Shown here in pieces: positions 1-11,305 of a DNA stretch of 64,000 bases (its first letter is position 1; the number at the start of each line of letters is the position of its first letter). Where the stretch lies: the NCBI GenBank assembly GCA_964016885.1, contig OZ024749.1, positions 8,866,001 through 8,930,000 on the forward strand. The letters are read 5' to 3'. This DNA is from Eledone cirrhosa. Taxonomy: Eukaryota. The translations under genes and the position numbers were made by a program. The notes beneath the pieces are model-generated. The model was not told the DNA's origin, did no database searches, and was given only the letters and a program-made list of their open reading frames with translations.

Positions 1-295
1 GAAACAGTAAATAAATACGCTATTGTGGAGTTTTTCGCGTGCAACCGCTATAGAATATTTACCCAACATTTCAACAGCACGTGGAAATTAATTAAATATA
101 CGGTCAACCATACATAATCAGGTATAAAATTAATGTTAGAAATGCTTATATGCATACCAGGATTAAATCACTAAATCCCGACCCATGGGTTTCGCTCACT
201 TTTGAGGTACGTTATTAAGGATAAATCTCGAGTTTTAGAGCTCTTCAGGGGACAAACTCGCTAAGACAGATTATTTTCCGAAGTTCTCTGGACAT
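1..295 (-). mobile_element. Dispersed non-coding repeat (Penelope pLTR-like, family A) carrying a hammerhead motif
   Basis: Homologous to 25720-26165 (+) and 29213-29505 (-), e.g. shared tagaatatttacccaacatttcaa.agcacgtggaaat; ends at a microsatellite. Confidence 0.6.
176..252 (-). ncRNA. Type I hammerhead ribozyme, intact core, 40-nt stem II insertion
   Basis: Minus strand reads UCCC-CUGAAGA-GCUC-(40 nt)-GAGC-GAAA-CCCAUGGG-UC-GGGA: stem I UCCC/GGGA, stem II GCUC/GAGC, palindromic stem III ACCCAUGGGU, GUC cleavage triplet. Confidence 0.8.
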
Positions 296-301
296 GATTT
301 A

Positions 302-339
<38 letters not shown>

Positions 340-343
340 GTGT

Positions 344-399
<56 letters not shown>

Positions 400-460
400 G
401 TATATATATATGCGTATATATATATGCGTATATATATATATGTATGTATATATATATGCG

Positions 461-529
<69 letters not shown>

Positions 530-740
530 AGATATATATGTATGTGTGTGTGTGCATATATATATATAGAGAGATTGACATACATACATATATATTTACA
601 TATAATTATATATATATGTATATGCGCGCGTGTGTGTTTGTGTTTGTGTGTTTGTGTTTGTGTATGTGTGTCTGCGTGTGTGTGTGTATGTGTGTGTATG
701 TGTGTCTGCGTGTGTGTGTATGTGTGTGTCTGCGTGTTTA
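302..740. repeat. Compound (CT)n/(TA)n/(TG)n microsatellite
   Basis: Direct reading; source of the YI/CV/HT pseudo-ORFs. Confidence 0.95.
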
Positions 741-867
741 CACATAGTATCATAAAATATTTATTCTGTCGTCAATGAAAGTGTTTCGCAACAGCGCAAT
801 AATTGTCACTAAGGACTTACCACCCGGCACATGTTCTCTATGAGATTTGCTTTACAATCTTCAGAAA

Positions 868-1125
868 CAACACCACCACATACCACCATCACCACCACCG
901 CCATCACCACTGCCATCACCACCACTATCACCACCGCCACAATCACCACCGCCGCAATCATCACCACCACCACCATCACCACCACCACCACCACAATCAC
1001 CACCACCACCACCACAATCACCACCACCGCCATCACCACCACCACCGTTATCACCACCACAATCACCACCACAACAACAACCACCACCTCCACAACAACA
1101 ACAACAATCACCACCACAACAACCA
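868..1125. repeat. (CAC)/(CAT)/(CAA) trinucleotide repeat
   Basis: Direct reading. Confidence 0.9.
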
Positions 1126-1562
1126 GCTCTCCTATCGTTTATCAGGCGCCAATAAAAATATTTCAAACACATCATTTAAAACTTAACAATCACACTTTCA
1201 CTTCGCTGTTTTTTTTTATTTTGTTTTTCTTTTGTTCTTTTTTTTTTTTTTTCCTTTTCCTGTTTTCTTCTCATAGTTAACATATTCCTCTAATTGCTTC
1301 TTTCGCGGTTTTTTGTTTTTTTGTTTTTTTTTCTTCTCTTCTATCTTTCTATTTTTTTTTAATTTATTTCTTCTAAGTTTGGTTTTTGATGGTGGAAGAT
1401 GAGATGGTTCGCTATAATGAGATGGCTAATTTGTTAACGTCTGTGGACTATCTACAACATTACCTTCCATGTAAGATTCGGGTTCAAATCGAAACATATA
1501 TACTTCCTCTCCCGCACCCTCCACTACTCGGAATATTGCCCTATTAGTTAATTAATTACCTG

Positions 1563-1678
1563 TGAAGGTGCTTGGTCTACGAGTTAGGATGTTGGAATTA
1601 AGATCATAAATTGTTGGTTTCGATTCCTGGATCAGGTGGCATGTTTTGTTTTTAAACCAGAGGCTTCTTTCCACGGGA
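1563..1678 (+). mobile_element. Degenerate tRNA-derived SINE (family 2, CORE-like)
   Basis: Head similar to 62787-62895 (gttaggatgttgga...ttcgattcctgga.cagg). Confidence 0.45.
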
Positions 1679-1700
1679 CTTTTAATGACACTTCTATTAT

Positions 1701-2020
1701 TAAAACACCCATCAAACCTCCTATGAGGTGGAAGCCCGAAGGAGGACAGCTAAACCGTCATAGATGTGAGCTGTAACAACATAGTAGGTACAATAAAACA
1801 CCCAGCAAACCTCCTATGAGGTGGAAGCTCGAAGGAGGCCAGCTAAAACCTTCATAGATGTGAGCTGTAACAACATAATAGGTACAATAAAACACCCAGC
1901 AAACCTATGAATGCAAGCTCGAAGAAGGCCAGCTAAACCTTCTTAGATGTGAGCTGTAGGAACATAATAGGTACAATAGGAAACCTCCTATGAATGCAAG
2001 CTCGAAAGGGGCCAGTTAAA
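1701..2020. repeat. ~90-bp tandem repeat, about 3.5 copies
   Basis: Unit taaaacacccagcaaacctcctatgaggtggaagctcgaaggaggccagctaaa...gatgtgagctgtaacaacata.taggtacaa. Confidence 0.85.
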
Positions 2021-2095
2021 TCATTTGTTTCACGGATTGAATTGACACCCAACAAACAAACTACCACACACACTTAATATTATTATCACATCATA

Positions 2096-2475
2096 GGGCG
2101 GTGGATTGGCAGTATCGGTAGAGGCTCAGACGCCATGCTTTGCAGCATAGAGATACGGCCCTTGTCATTCTGAGTTCAAATCCCGCCGAGATAAACTTTG
2201 CCTTTCATCCTTACGGGGTCGATAAAATAAAGTACCAGTAATGTACTGGATAATTGTTGGCCTTGTGCCAAAAGTAGAAACGATTATCACGTCATATCGG
2301 TAGAGGGTCGGACGCCATGCTTTACAGCAAAGAGTTACGGCCCTTTATGGTCTGAGTTCAAATCCCGCTGAAGGTTAACTTTGCCTTTCATCCTAACGGG
2401 GTCGATAAATTAAAGTACCAGTAATACCCTGGGATAATTGCTGGCCTTGTGCCAAAAGTAGAAACAATTATTATC
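2096..2475 (+). mobile_element. Two tandem copies of tRNA-derived SINE family 1
   Basis: A-box-like tggcagtatcggtag, B-box gagttcaaatccc, central gcctttcatccttacggggtcgataaaataaagtacc, ATT-type tail. Confidence 0.85.
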
Positions 2476-2480
2476 ACATC

Positions 2481-2830
2481 AGGAAAATGTAGCTTTTCTA
2501 CCTTTTTCTATAAATATTTTCATGTAAATTGTTCTAATGAGCTTTCTTCTTTATTACCTCTTCACAAGTTGAAACAGAGTGCCAGGTTTCTGGCTAATCT
2601 CCTCCATTCACAGTTGAAGCTCCTAAATATAATTGTAAATTGTTCTATTTTCTTCCCACACACATCTCACTTATGACATTCTTTTCCCAGCTGCTTCCTT
2701 TCCAGACCGACTAAAATTTTCAAAAGCAACATCAACCGTCATCTCTCTTCTTCTATTATATTCTCCGTGTCTTATCTTTTCTCTTCGTGCTCACCCAATA
2801 GATTTTAGTGGCCTTCGTCAAATTATAAGC
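2481..2830 (+). mobile_element. Degenerate 3' fragment of a CR1/L2/Jockey-group LINE ORF2
   Basis: Translation FYKYFHVNCSNELSSLLP...IFFPHTSHL resembles the C-terminal 'FYRYFHG.CS.EL...FFPRTS.LWN.LP' signature. Confidence 0.55.
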
Positions 2831-2923
2831 AAAACATAACCAAAATAGAAACTCTCTAGTTGGGGATCACATTGGTATTGTATTAATCGGTGGTCATTTT
2901 CTCTCTCTGTTCACTATATATTG

Positions 2924-2971
<48 letters not shown>

Positions 2972-2990
2972 ATAAATATATATATATATA

Positions 2991-3605
2991 TATATAAACA
3001 AGGTTTAGCAAATAAGGAAAAAGTTTCAAAATAAATTTTAAAAAATTAACATTACCTACTATAGTTACCTTTACCGAATCGGTTTCGAATCTCAAAATTA
3101 AACGGAGTCCATACGGCCTTCGTTGCAAAGAAAGATTCTCGTCAGAAGGTTCTTTACATTCGAAGAATATAAAATTCTCGAACTTAAATTACAAACTGGC
3201 GCTATTCAAAATTGTTCCCGAGATGAGAGTAAATGAAGTGGAATCAATGTTTTCAAGGGCCGAGTGCAAAGATAGAAGCAGAGGCAGGCAGGTCAGTCTG
3301 CTACCGCTATAACTAGCAGCAGTCAGAACGACAAAATTTTTTTCTCAACATAGAGGAGTATAGTAATAATAGAATATGTGTTCCTACACGCACAATGCGC
3401 TAAGGGACGATTCGGTAAAGGTAACTATAGTAGGTAATGTTAATTTTTTTTAAATGTATTTTGAAACTTTTTCCTTATTTGCTAAACCTTGTTTATATAT
3501 GTTCTGGCTCGTTAATTTATTAACCTGCCATTGAACCACATTGGCATTTGGTTGGACAATACATGTGTCCCTTAGCGCATTGTGCGTGTAGGAACACATA
3601 TTCTA
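2991..3605 (-). mobile_element. Double inverted-repeat mini-element with hammerhead
   Basis: Inverted pairs 2991-3081/3408-3499 and 3370-3408/3567-3605; flanked by (TA)n and (GA)n. Confidence 0.75.
3067..3150 (-). ncRNA. Type I hammerhead ribozyme, intact core, 40-nt stem II insertion
   Basis: ACCUU-CUGACGA-GAAUCU-(40 nt)-AGAUUC-GAAA-CCGAUUCGG-UA-AAGGU; GUA triplet; stem I ACCUU/AAGGU. Confidence 0.8.
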
Positions 3606-3746
3606 GAGAGAGAGAGAGAGAGAGAGGGGGGGGGTATAACACTGGAAGGTAATATCCGTAGTGGTAGAGCACTCAGTCCATGGGACGAGTTAGTTAGAAG
3701 TGGTTACACAACTGTTAGTTCACCATACCGAGAATCATGTCCATTA

Positions 3747-3784
3747 CGAGCTGAGGATCCGCTAAGGTGAAACAATTGTTCTCG
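3747..3784 (+). ncRNA. Minimal type I hammerhead ribozyme inside the inverted repeat 3693-3734/3779-3820
   Basis: CGAG-CUGAGGA-UCC-GCUAA-GGU-GAAA-CAAUUG-UU-CUCG; palindromic stem III; weak stem II. Confidence 0.65.
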
Positions 3785-3821
3785 GTATGGTGAACTAACT
3801 GTTGTGTAACCACTTCTAACG

Positions 3822-3879
<58 letters not shown>

Positions 3880-3884
<5 letters not shown>

Positions 3885-4080
3885 AACGAGTAGGACCCCG
3901 ACGGCTGAGCTCAAGCCGTTTCGAGGGCTAATTCTGGACCCAGAGTCCAGAATTAGCTGTCGAAACGGCTTGAGCTCAGCCGTCGGTCTCCTACTCATTC
4001 CTATTACCCACTCTACTACCCTAAGTATTGAGTACTTTGGTGCGTTATGGTCCACCTGGTTCCTTACCACATTCCCTTCG

Positions 4081-4082
<2 letters not shown>
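3880..4082 (+). mobile_element. Fold-back mini-element with 3' half of a hammerhead
   Basis: Arms 3880-3939/3945-4004; GAAA-CGGCUUGAGCUCAGCCG-UC at 3962-3984; (TA)n on both sides. Confidence 0.6.
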
Positions 4083-4157
<75 letters not shown>

Positions 4158-4425
4158 CGTGAGTTTTATACTGAATGATGATAATATTCGATTTGCTTGC
4201 AAGCAAACAGCCTAAAAACACTAAGTGTTTTAGACGACCATGGCTAGCGTCGTCTTTTTGTTGCAGCAGACAATTGTCTCAGGGTTGTTGCCCTTCTTCA
4301 AGATTATGTGTCTCTCATTTTTTGTAAACTCACTAGTACTCTTGAGACTATAGAGTATTCTGTAAAATATACATCACCTGATTAGACTACTTTGCATACC
4401 GAGCGAAAATAAATTTTGTTTCATG

Positions 4426-4459
<34 letters not shown>

Positions 4460-4480
4460 TATATACGTCAGTATGTATAA

Positions 4481-4666
4481 GGGCGGTGGATTGGCAGTAT
4501 CGGTAGAGGGTCGGACGCCATGCTTTCAAGCATAGTTACGTCCCTTTACGATCTGAGTTCAAATCCCGCCGAGGTTGACTTTGCCTTTCATCCTTACGGG
4601 GTCGATAAAATAAAGTACCAGTAATGCACTGGGTAATTGCTGGCCTTGTGCCTAAAGTAGAAACAA
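4481..4666 (+). mobile_element. Full-length SINE family 1
   Basis: Complete consensus; possible target-site duplication agtatgtataagg on both sides. Confidence 0.9.
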
Positions 4667-5292
4667 GTATGTATAAGGCAGCTTCACAACACTGTTATAA
4701 ACTACAGGCTTTGTTTTGAACTAAACAGATAAAAAAAGATGTTAATTCAATTGTTTTCAGTTTAGAAAACAATTTTTTTTTATGCATAACACTTAATTAT
4801 GAAAAACATTTTTCTTTTTTTAGTAAACTCCATCAGCTGACAGCTTTCTGTTCTTTCTCAGTATTGTAAATAATTCCAGGGCAGATCATTGAGATAATAA
4901 AACAAAACCACATATGGGTTCCATTGCTGTTTGTTGTCCTAGTAAATCTCACAAAGTTGGGCAATTATTTTAACCATTGGCACGTCGGATGGAAAACCTA
5001 GGAGGAATCTGCAGTTTGAGTTCAGTTCCATGGTCTGATTGTAGGTAAATAAAATATTAATCCAAGGTGGTAGATTGGGCTGGGCTGAATGGTTAAAGCG
5101 CCAGGCATAAAATAACTAAATGGATTTAGTGCTGACATATATAGAGAAGGTCAAATTGATTGTGTCATAAGAGAAATTGTTTTGATATTACCGCAAATTG
5201 GAATCTTATAAACTGGTTTATTGGCCCAGGTAGCTTTAATCTCCTATCCACACTAATCAACGTATAACTAATCGATTAGGTTCGAACTTTAA

Positions 5293-5460
5293 TAATTGTT
5301 TCTACTTTAGACACAAGGGCAGCAAAAACGGGAGGGGAAATTCGATTAAATCGACCCCAGTGACTGACTGCTACTTCATTTTATACCCCCCCCGTGAGGG
5401 TGAAAGGCAAGAGTAAAGGGCCATAACTCTACTTCACAGAGCATAATGTCTGACGCTGTA
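5293..5460 (-). mobile_element. Diverged SINE family 1 variant
   Basis: Reverse-complement tail aattgtttctactttag.cacaagg.cagc and tgaaaggcaa domain. Confidence 0.6.
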
Positions 5461-5473
5461 TATGGACTTAATT

Positions 5474-5514
<41 letters not shown>

Positions 5515-5526
5515 TATTACCATTAA

Positions 5527-5720
5527 TTGGCAGTATCGGTAGAGGGTCGGACGCCATGCTTTGACGCAGAGTTACGGCTCTTTTCATTCTGAGTTCAAAT
5601 CCCGCCGAGGTTAACTTTGCCTTTCATCCTTACGGGGTCAATAAAATAAAGTACCAGTAATGCACTGGGTAATTGCTGGCCTTATGCGAAAAGTAGAAAC
5701 AATTATTACTATTATTATTG
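5527..5720 (+). mobile_element. SINE family 1
   Basis: Consensus match with ATT tail. Confidence 0.85.
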
Positions 5721-6235
5721 TAAATTACGTTGTGTTTAAAGTAAAGAAAAACATTGTGTTGAAACAATTGTAAAGATTAGACTTAAAGACTTTTATCTGT
5801 CACATTAATTAGTTATATATACATACATATATGTGTGTGTGTGTGTGTATGTGTGTGTCTGTATGTATGTGTGTGTGTCTGTATATGTGTGTATTTGTGT
5901 CTATATATGTAACTCAGTAGGTGTGTACATGTGACTAAGCGGCATTTAAGTTCATTCTATGGTGTATCGACATCAATGTTGCTATATTTGGATACAACAG
6001 AACTACATAACCTTCTATCTCTCTCTCTCTATCTATCTATCTATCAATCTCTCTCTCTCTCTCTCTCTCCCTCTCCCCCCCCCCCTCTCTCTCTAAACCT
6101 GTGTGCACTCTCGACACGTTTTCGATCTTGCTGAGAAAAGATTCTAGGAACAGATTTCTCTAATTCAAGTCGAGATCCTTGCCTCTCTTATCACACTCAC
6201 ACTTACACTTACACTTGGACGCACACACACACACA

Positions 6236-6270
<35 letters not shown>

Positions 6271-7235
6271 CATAATGTAAATATATACGCTATCTCTCCA
6301 ACTATTTCACTCACTGAAATAATTGTCGTCTGCTTGTAAAGCCGACTAGTGTAATTTCTTTATCAGGTCGTATTGATCTGTGTGATATCGGCTGATATTG
6401 TGTGATATTGCTGTGCATTTTGATAAGCGTAATTCGATTTTGCAGAGAATATTATTATCACAGAATTTTTATTGTCAAAACCAATCTAATCTATTTATTT
6501 ATAACCCTGTATTTTCTCCATTCCATTTTAGAGGAAATTCCTCAAGAGACTCCGAATACTTAAGACCGCTATCCGCCATTTGCATTCCCCTTTGTTTTAT
6601 GATAGTTTTTGTTGCTCTTTTTTCTCCTATATTTTGCTATCTCTCTCATATCCCTCCTCCTCCTTCTTCTTCGAATCAAAAACTACCATTTCTATGTGTT
6701 TTTCTTCTCATATTCTCTATCTTTCCCTCACCCCACCCCGTCTTTATTCTGCTAATCCTTCTTACCCCTTTCCTTATTTTTTTTCATATTTTCCCCCTGC
6801 TTCTCTTATCTCATACTTCTTTCAATTCTTGTTCACCTTCTTCCTCCCATCTTCCATTTTTATTCAATTTGTTTTCCACCCCCACCCCCCCTTCGCCATC
6901 TTCTGTGGTGGAGGACCCCTCCGTGTGTATTGTTGTACCCACTCCCCTTTTTTTTACTCCCACTTCTCATAATCAGGTCCTGAGGCATCTGTAATGCACT
7001 AGGAGGCCAACTTCTGTTTCTTTCTAACACTTTTGTGACAGCCTCAGGCAAAGTTCTACTTTCTATGTAACAAAGAGCTGCCATGATGTCCTTCATATTC
7101 CTCAAAATATTTTACATCTAAAGCTGCTCCTTTCTTGGATATTATGTTTGTAAAAGGCGATACTGCTCTTTCCTTCAAACTTCTTTCCTTCTCTCAAAAT
7201 CTCGTGTGTTTCATAATGTGCTCGATATTGTTGTT

Positions 7236-7650
7236 GTTCTTCTTCTCCTTCTTCTTCGTATTCTCCTTCTTCGTATTCTCCTTCTTCTTCTTCGTATTCT
7301 CCTTCTTCTTCTTCGTATTCTCCTTCTTCGTATTCTTCTTCTCCTTCTTCGTATTCTTCTTCTTCTTCGTATTCTTCTCCTTCTTCGTATTCTTCTTCTT
7401 CTTCGTATTCTTCTTCTCCTTCTTCGTATTCTTCTTCTTCTTCGTATTCTTCTTTTTATTTTTCACCTTCTTTTTCTTCTTTTTCTTCTTTTTCTTCTTC
7501 TTCACCTTCTTTTTCTTCTTTTTCTTCTTTTTCTTCTTTTTCTTCTTTTTCTTTTTCTTCACCTTTTTCTTCTTTTTCTTCTTCGCCTTCTTCTTCACCT
7601 TTTTCTTCTTTTTCTTCTTCACCTTTTTCTTCGCCTTCTTCGCCTTCTTG
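7236..7650. repeat. Compound (TTC)-rich repeat with recurrent cgtattc
   Basis: Direct reading; gives poly-F/K/L pseudo-ORFs. Confidence 0.9.
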
Positions 7651-8054
7651 GTTCCAATATTTTAAAGTCGATATTTATATCACCGCATTTATCACAAAGT
7701 TATTTTTCTCTATGTGTGTATATATATGTATATATGTATGTGTGTGTGCGTGTGTGTTGTGCATGTGTATATACATGTCAGGTTCTGTGTGGGTGTGCGT
7801 GATTGCGTGTTTGCGCGCGTATGTATAAGCTTGTGTACTTCTGTGTGTGTATATATATATATGTTTCGCTATGTGTGTGTATGTTCTTGTATGTTTGTGT
7901 TATGTTCTTGAGTGTGCGTGCGTGTATAAGCGTGTGTGTCTGAGAGAGAGAGCGCGTGTGTATGTGTTTGTGTGTGTGTAAGCGAGTGTGCGTAAGGGGG
8001 AGAGAGAGAGTGTGTGTGTGTATGTGTATGTGTATGTGTGTGTGTGCATGTGCA

Positions 8055-8106
<52 letters not shown>

Positions 8107-8599
8107 GTGCAGTTAGACGTCTTCCTATATTTTTTTATTTTTTCGTTTTTTGGAAATAATCTGTGCTAATATTTTTCTTCAGAAATATTAGTCTGCGAGC
8201 GTGTTTGTTTATAGTGTTGCTACCATTGCTGTAGCCAGCATTTCTCTCTGCCAAGTTTGTATAAAGCCGCCATGTTGAAATACTGCTCAGCATAAAAAAA
8301 GATGAAAAACACATTCGAAAGTCTTCAAAAATGTTTTTTTTTTTTTTTTTTCCTAAACACGACAGAAGAAAATGAAGACAAGTTTCTCACCTCTCTGTGT
8401 GATAATTCTACACATTGTTGATTCTCCGTCTTTTACGACGACGAGTGTGCCTTTTGTTTCAAACAATTGTATCGCCTGCCCCGTAAAACTAATCAAGCAT
8501 TACATAGAAGCATGATAGTTCTCAGGAAAATCAGTGTGTCCCTTGTTAGGGTGTCAAAGCTGGTCACTTAAGTTACAAGTACAAGTTATTTGTACCAGT

Positions 8600-8720
8600 T
8601 TAGTGAACTGGAGCAGCGTGAAATAAAGTGTTTTGCTCAAGGTCACATCGTGGTGCCCGATGCAGGAATTGAACACAGAGCGTTACCATCGTCAGCTCAG
8701 CAACTTTACCACTAAGCCAC
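8600..8720 (-). mobile_element. tRNA-derived SINE family 2 (CORE-like)
   Basis: Minus strand gtggcttagtggtaaag...gttcaattcctg...ccttgagcaaaacactttatttcacgctgctccagttcac. Confidence 0.65.
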
Positions 8721-8744
8721 TCATTACTGAATATAAATAATAAT

Positions 8745-9330
8745 CCCAATTTGGGGAAATTTCGACAAAATGTAATCCATAAACCCGTTGGACTTCCGTT
8801 GAATCAAACAACAAAACGACTTGATTGTGGCTGAGAATGCCAGTATCACGTGACCGAGCATACACGTGACCTTAAAGCGATTTAGCATGACATAGCGTGT
8901 GGCAAGAGGGTGCAACTCATATTTGCCAGAGGAGAGTAGAACTGGGGTAAAATGAAATGAAGAGGACACAGGGTGGCCCCGTGAACCAAAGTCACGTGAT
9001 TATGATGGTGAGCCGAAAGCTGTAACTACTGAACCACGTCAGGTGGTTATGATGGTGAGCCGAAAGCCGTAACCACTGAACCACGTCACGTGGTTAGGAT
9101 GGTGAGCCGAAAGCCCTAACCACTGGATCACGTCACGTGGTTAGGGTGGTGAGCCAAAAGCCGTAACCACTGAACCGCGTCACGTGGTTAGGATGGTGAG
9201 CCGAAAGCCCTAACCACTGGATCACGTCACGTGGTTAGGGTGGTGAGCCGAAAGCCGTAACCACTGAACCACATCACGTGGTTAGGATGGTGAGCCGAAA
9301 GCTCTAACCACTGGATCACGCACCTTCGCA
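8745..9330 (-). mobile_element. SINE whose tRNA-like head is tandemly amplified (47-bp unit x ~7, 8993-9320)
   Basis: Minus strand starts gcgaaggtgcgtgatccagtggttagagctttcggctcaccatcctaac; the unit repeats, then a SINE-like body follows. Confidence 0.6.
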
Positions 9331-9669
9331 GTCCAGAAATTGAAACACAAATAAAACACATCTTGTCAGGACAAAATAGAACAACAACAACAACAACAAC
9401 AACAATAACAACAACAACAACAACAACAAAAATGATTTCTACTTTAGGCACAAGGCCAGCAAATTTAGAGGAGGGGAAAGTCGATTATATCGACCCCATT
9501 GCATTACTGGTACTTTAACACATGTTCTGCCTTATCTCATGTCATTTACAACACAACACACTCATCGTTTCATTATTCACAGATTTCAAACTGAACAGAT
9601 GCAAAACATCTAATTATTTATATATTTATTTATCGTCATTATTTATTTATTTATCGTCATTATTTATTT

Positions 9670-9673
9670 ATTT

Positions 9674-9707
<34 letters not shown>

Positions 9708-9920
9708 CCATTATCACCATCATCATCATCATCATTACTATCATCATCATCATCATCATCACCATTATCACCATCATCATCATCATCATCATCATCACCA
9801 TTATCACCATCATCATCACCATTATCACCATTATCACCATTATCATTACTATCATCATCATTATCACCATTATCAGTATCAGTAATCATACCATCATCAC
9901 TATCAGCGCCATCATCATTC
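9670..9920. repeat. (ATC)/(ACC) trinucleotide repeat
   Basis: Direct reading. Confidence 0.9.
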
Positions 9921-9954
9921 AACATCAAAATCATCTTCTTCTTATTATTATTAT

Positions 9955-10400
9955 CTGAGTTCAAATCCCGCCGAGGTTAACTTTGCCTTTCATCCTTACG
10001 GGGTCGATAAAATAAAGTACCAGTAATACACTGGGGTAATTGCTGGCCTTGTGCCAAAAGTAGAAACAATTATTATTATTATTGGATTGGCAGTATCGGT
10101 AGAGGGTCGGACGCCATGCTTTGCAGCAAAGAGTTACGGGCCTTTGTGGTCTGAGTTCAAATCCCGCCAAGGTTAACTTTGCCTTTCATCCTTACGGGGT
10201 CGATAAAATAAAGTACCAGTAATACACTGGGGATATTGCTGGCCTTGTGCCAAAAGTAGAAACAATTATTATTATTCATTATTATTAAATCCCGCCGAGG
10301 TTGACTTTGCCTTTCATCCTTACGGGGTCGATAAAATAAAGTACCAGTAATGCACTGGGATAATTGCTGGCCTTGTGCCTAAAGTAGAAACATTTATTAT
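9955..10400 (+). mobile_element. Three tandem SINE family 1 copies (two 5'-truncated)
   Basis: Central domain at about 9980, 10180 and 10305, separated by (ATT)n. Confidence 0.85.
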
Positions 10401-10686
10401 TAGAAATATTATTATTATCATCTTCGTAATCATCATCAACAACATCAAATTATTTTTTCTTTTTTTTTCTATTTCTCAAATAATTGGATTCATCATTATC
10501 TAATTAGACACGGTGCAACTACTAATCAGGCTAGTAATCAATTTTAAATTCCAGAATCTTCTATAAATTATTTACTTATTTATTTATTTACTTATTTATT
10601 TATTTATTTATTTACTTATTTATTTATTTACTTATTTATTTATTATTTCATGTTGTTTCATTTGTTCGCTAAGATTCTTTCGTCTT

Positions 10687-10724
<38 letters not shown>

Positions 10725-10912
10725 TATGTGTGTGTGTGTGAATGTGTGTCTGTATGCGTGTGTGTTTGTGTGTATTCATCTTTATGTATTCGTCTTATTT
10801 TGTGTGTGTGTGTGTGTGTTTATGCATGTCTGTATGTGTGTGTGTTTTTGTGTATGTGTATTTGTATGTGCTTGTGTGTATGAGTGAGTGAGTGTGTGTG
10901 TATGAATGAATG

Positions 10913-10974
<62 letters not shown>

Positions 10975-11037
10975 TATTTCTAAAAGATAGGTCAGCTAAT
11001 TTAGTTCACAGACAGTTTAACAGTTTGGCAGAGCTGA

Positions 11038-11242
11038 TAATAATAATAATAATAATTGTTTCCACTATTTGGCACAAGGCCAGCAAATACCCAGTGCATT
11101 ACTGGTACTTAATTTTATCGACCCCGTAAGGATGAAAGGCAAAGTTAACCTCGGCGGGATTTGAACTCAGACTGTAAAGGGACGTAACTATGCTGGAAAG
11201 CATGGCGTCCGACTCTCTACCGATACTGCCAATCCACCGCCC
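11038..11242 (-). mobile_element. SINE family 1
   Basis: Reverse-complement consensus with (TAA)n on both sides. Confidence 0.85.
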
Positions 11243-11257
11243 TAATAATAATAATGT

Positions 11258-11305
<48 letters not shown>

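Noticed and set aside
1701-2020. Possible HDV-like ribozyme in the 90-bp tandem unit (ACC-UCCUAUGA-GGU, GAGCU/AGCUC, GCUAA)
   Set aside because: P3/L3-like and J4/2-like pieces are present, but I could not place P2, P1.1 or P4 convincingly by eye
2096-2190. tRNA genes
   Set aside because: A/B boxes belong to SINE heads followed by the SINE body; there is no complete cloverleaf
4830-5270. Unique-looking sequence as a candidate exon
   Set aside because: Frames I translated are short and interrupted by stops, with no recognisable motif
6860-7225. Possible host exon (MRNMKDIMAALCYIESRTLPEAV...)
   Set aside because: No recognisable domain, adjacent stops, and no supportable splice structure
8102-8360. 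Possible Tc1/mariner terminal fragment
   Set aside because: Only a weak resemblance at one end; no partner TIR or transposase remnant identified
8993-9320. CRISPR-like palindromic repeats
   Set aside because: Units are contiguous with no unique spacers, the context is eukaryotic and there are no cas genes
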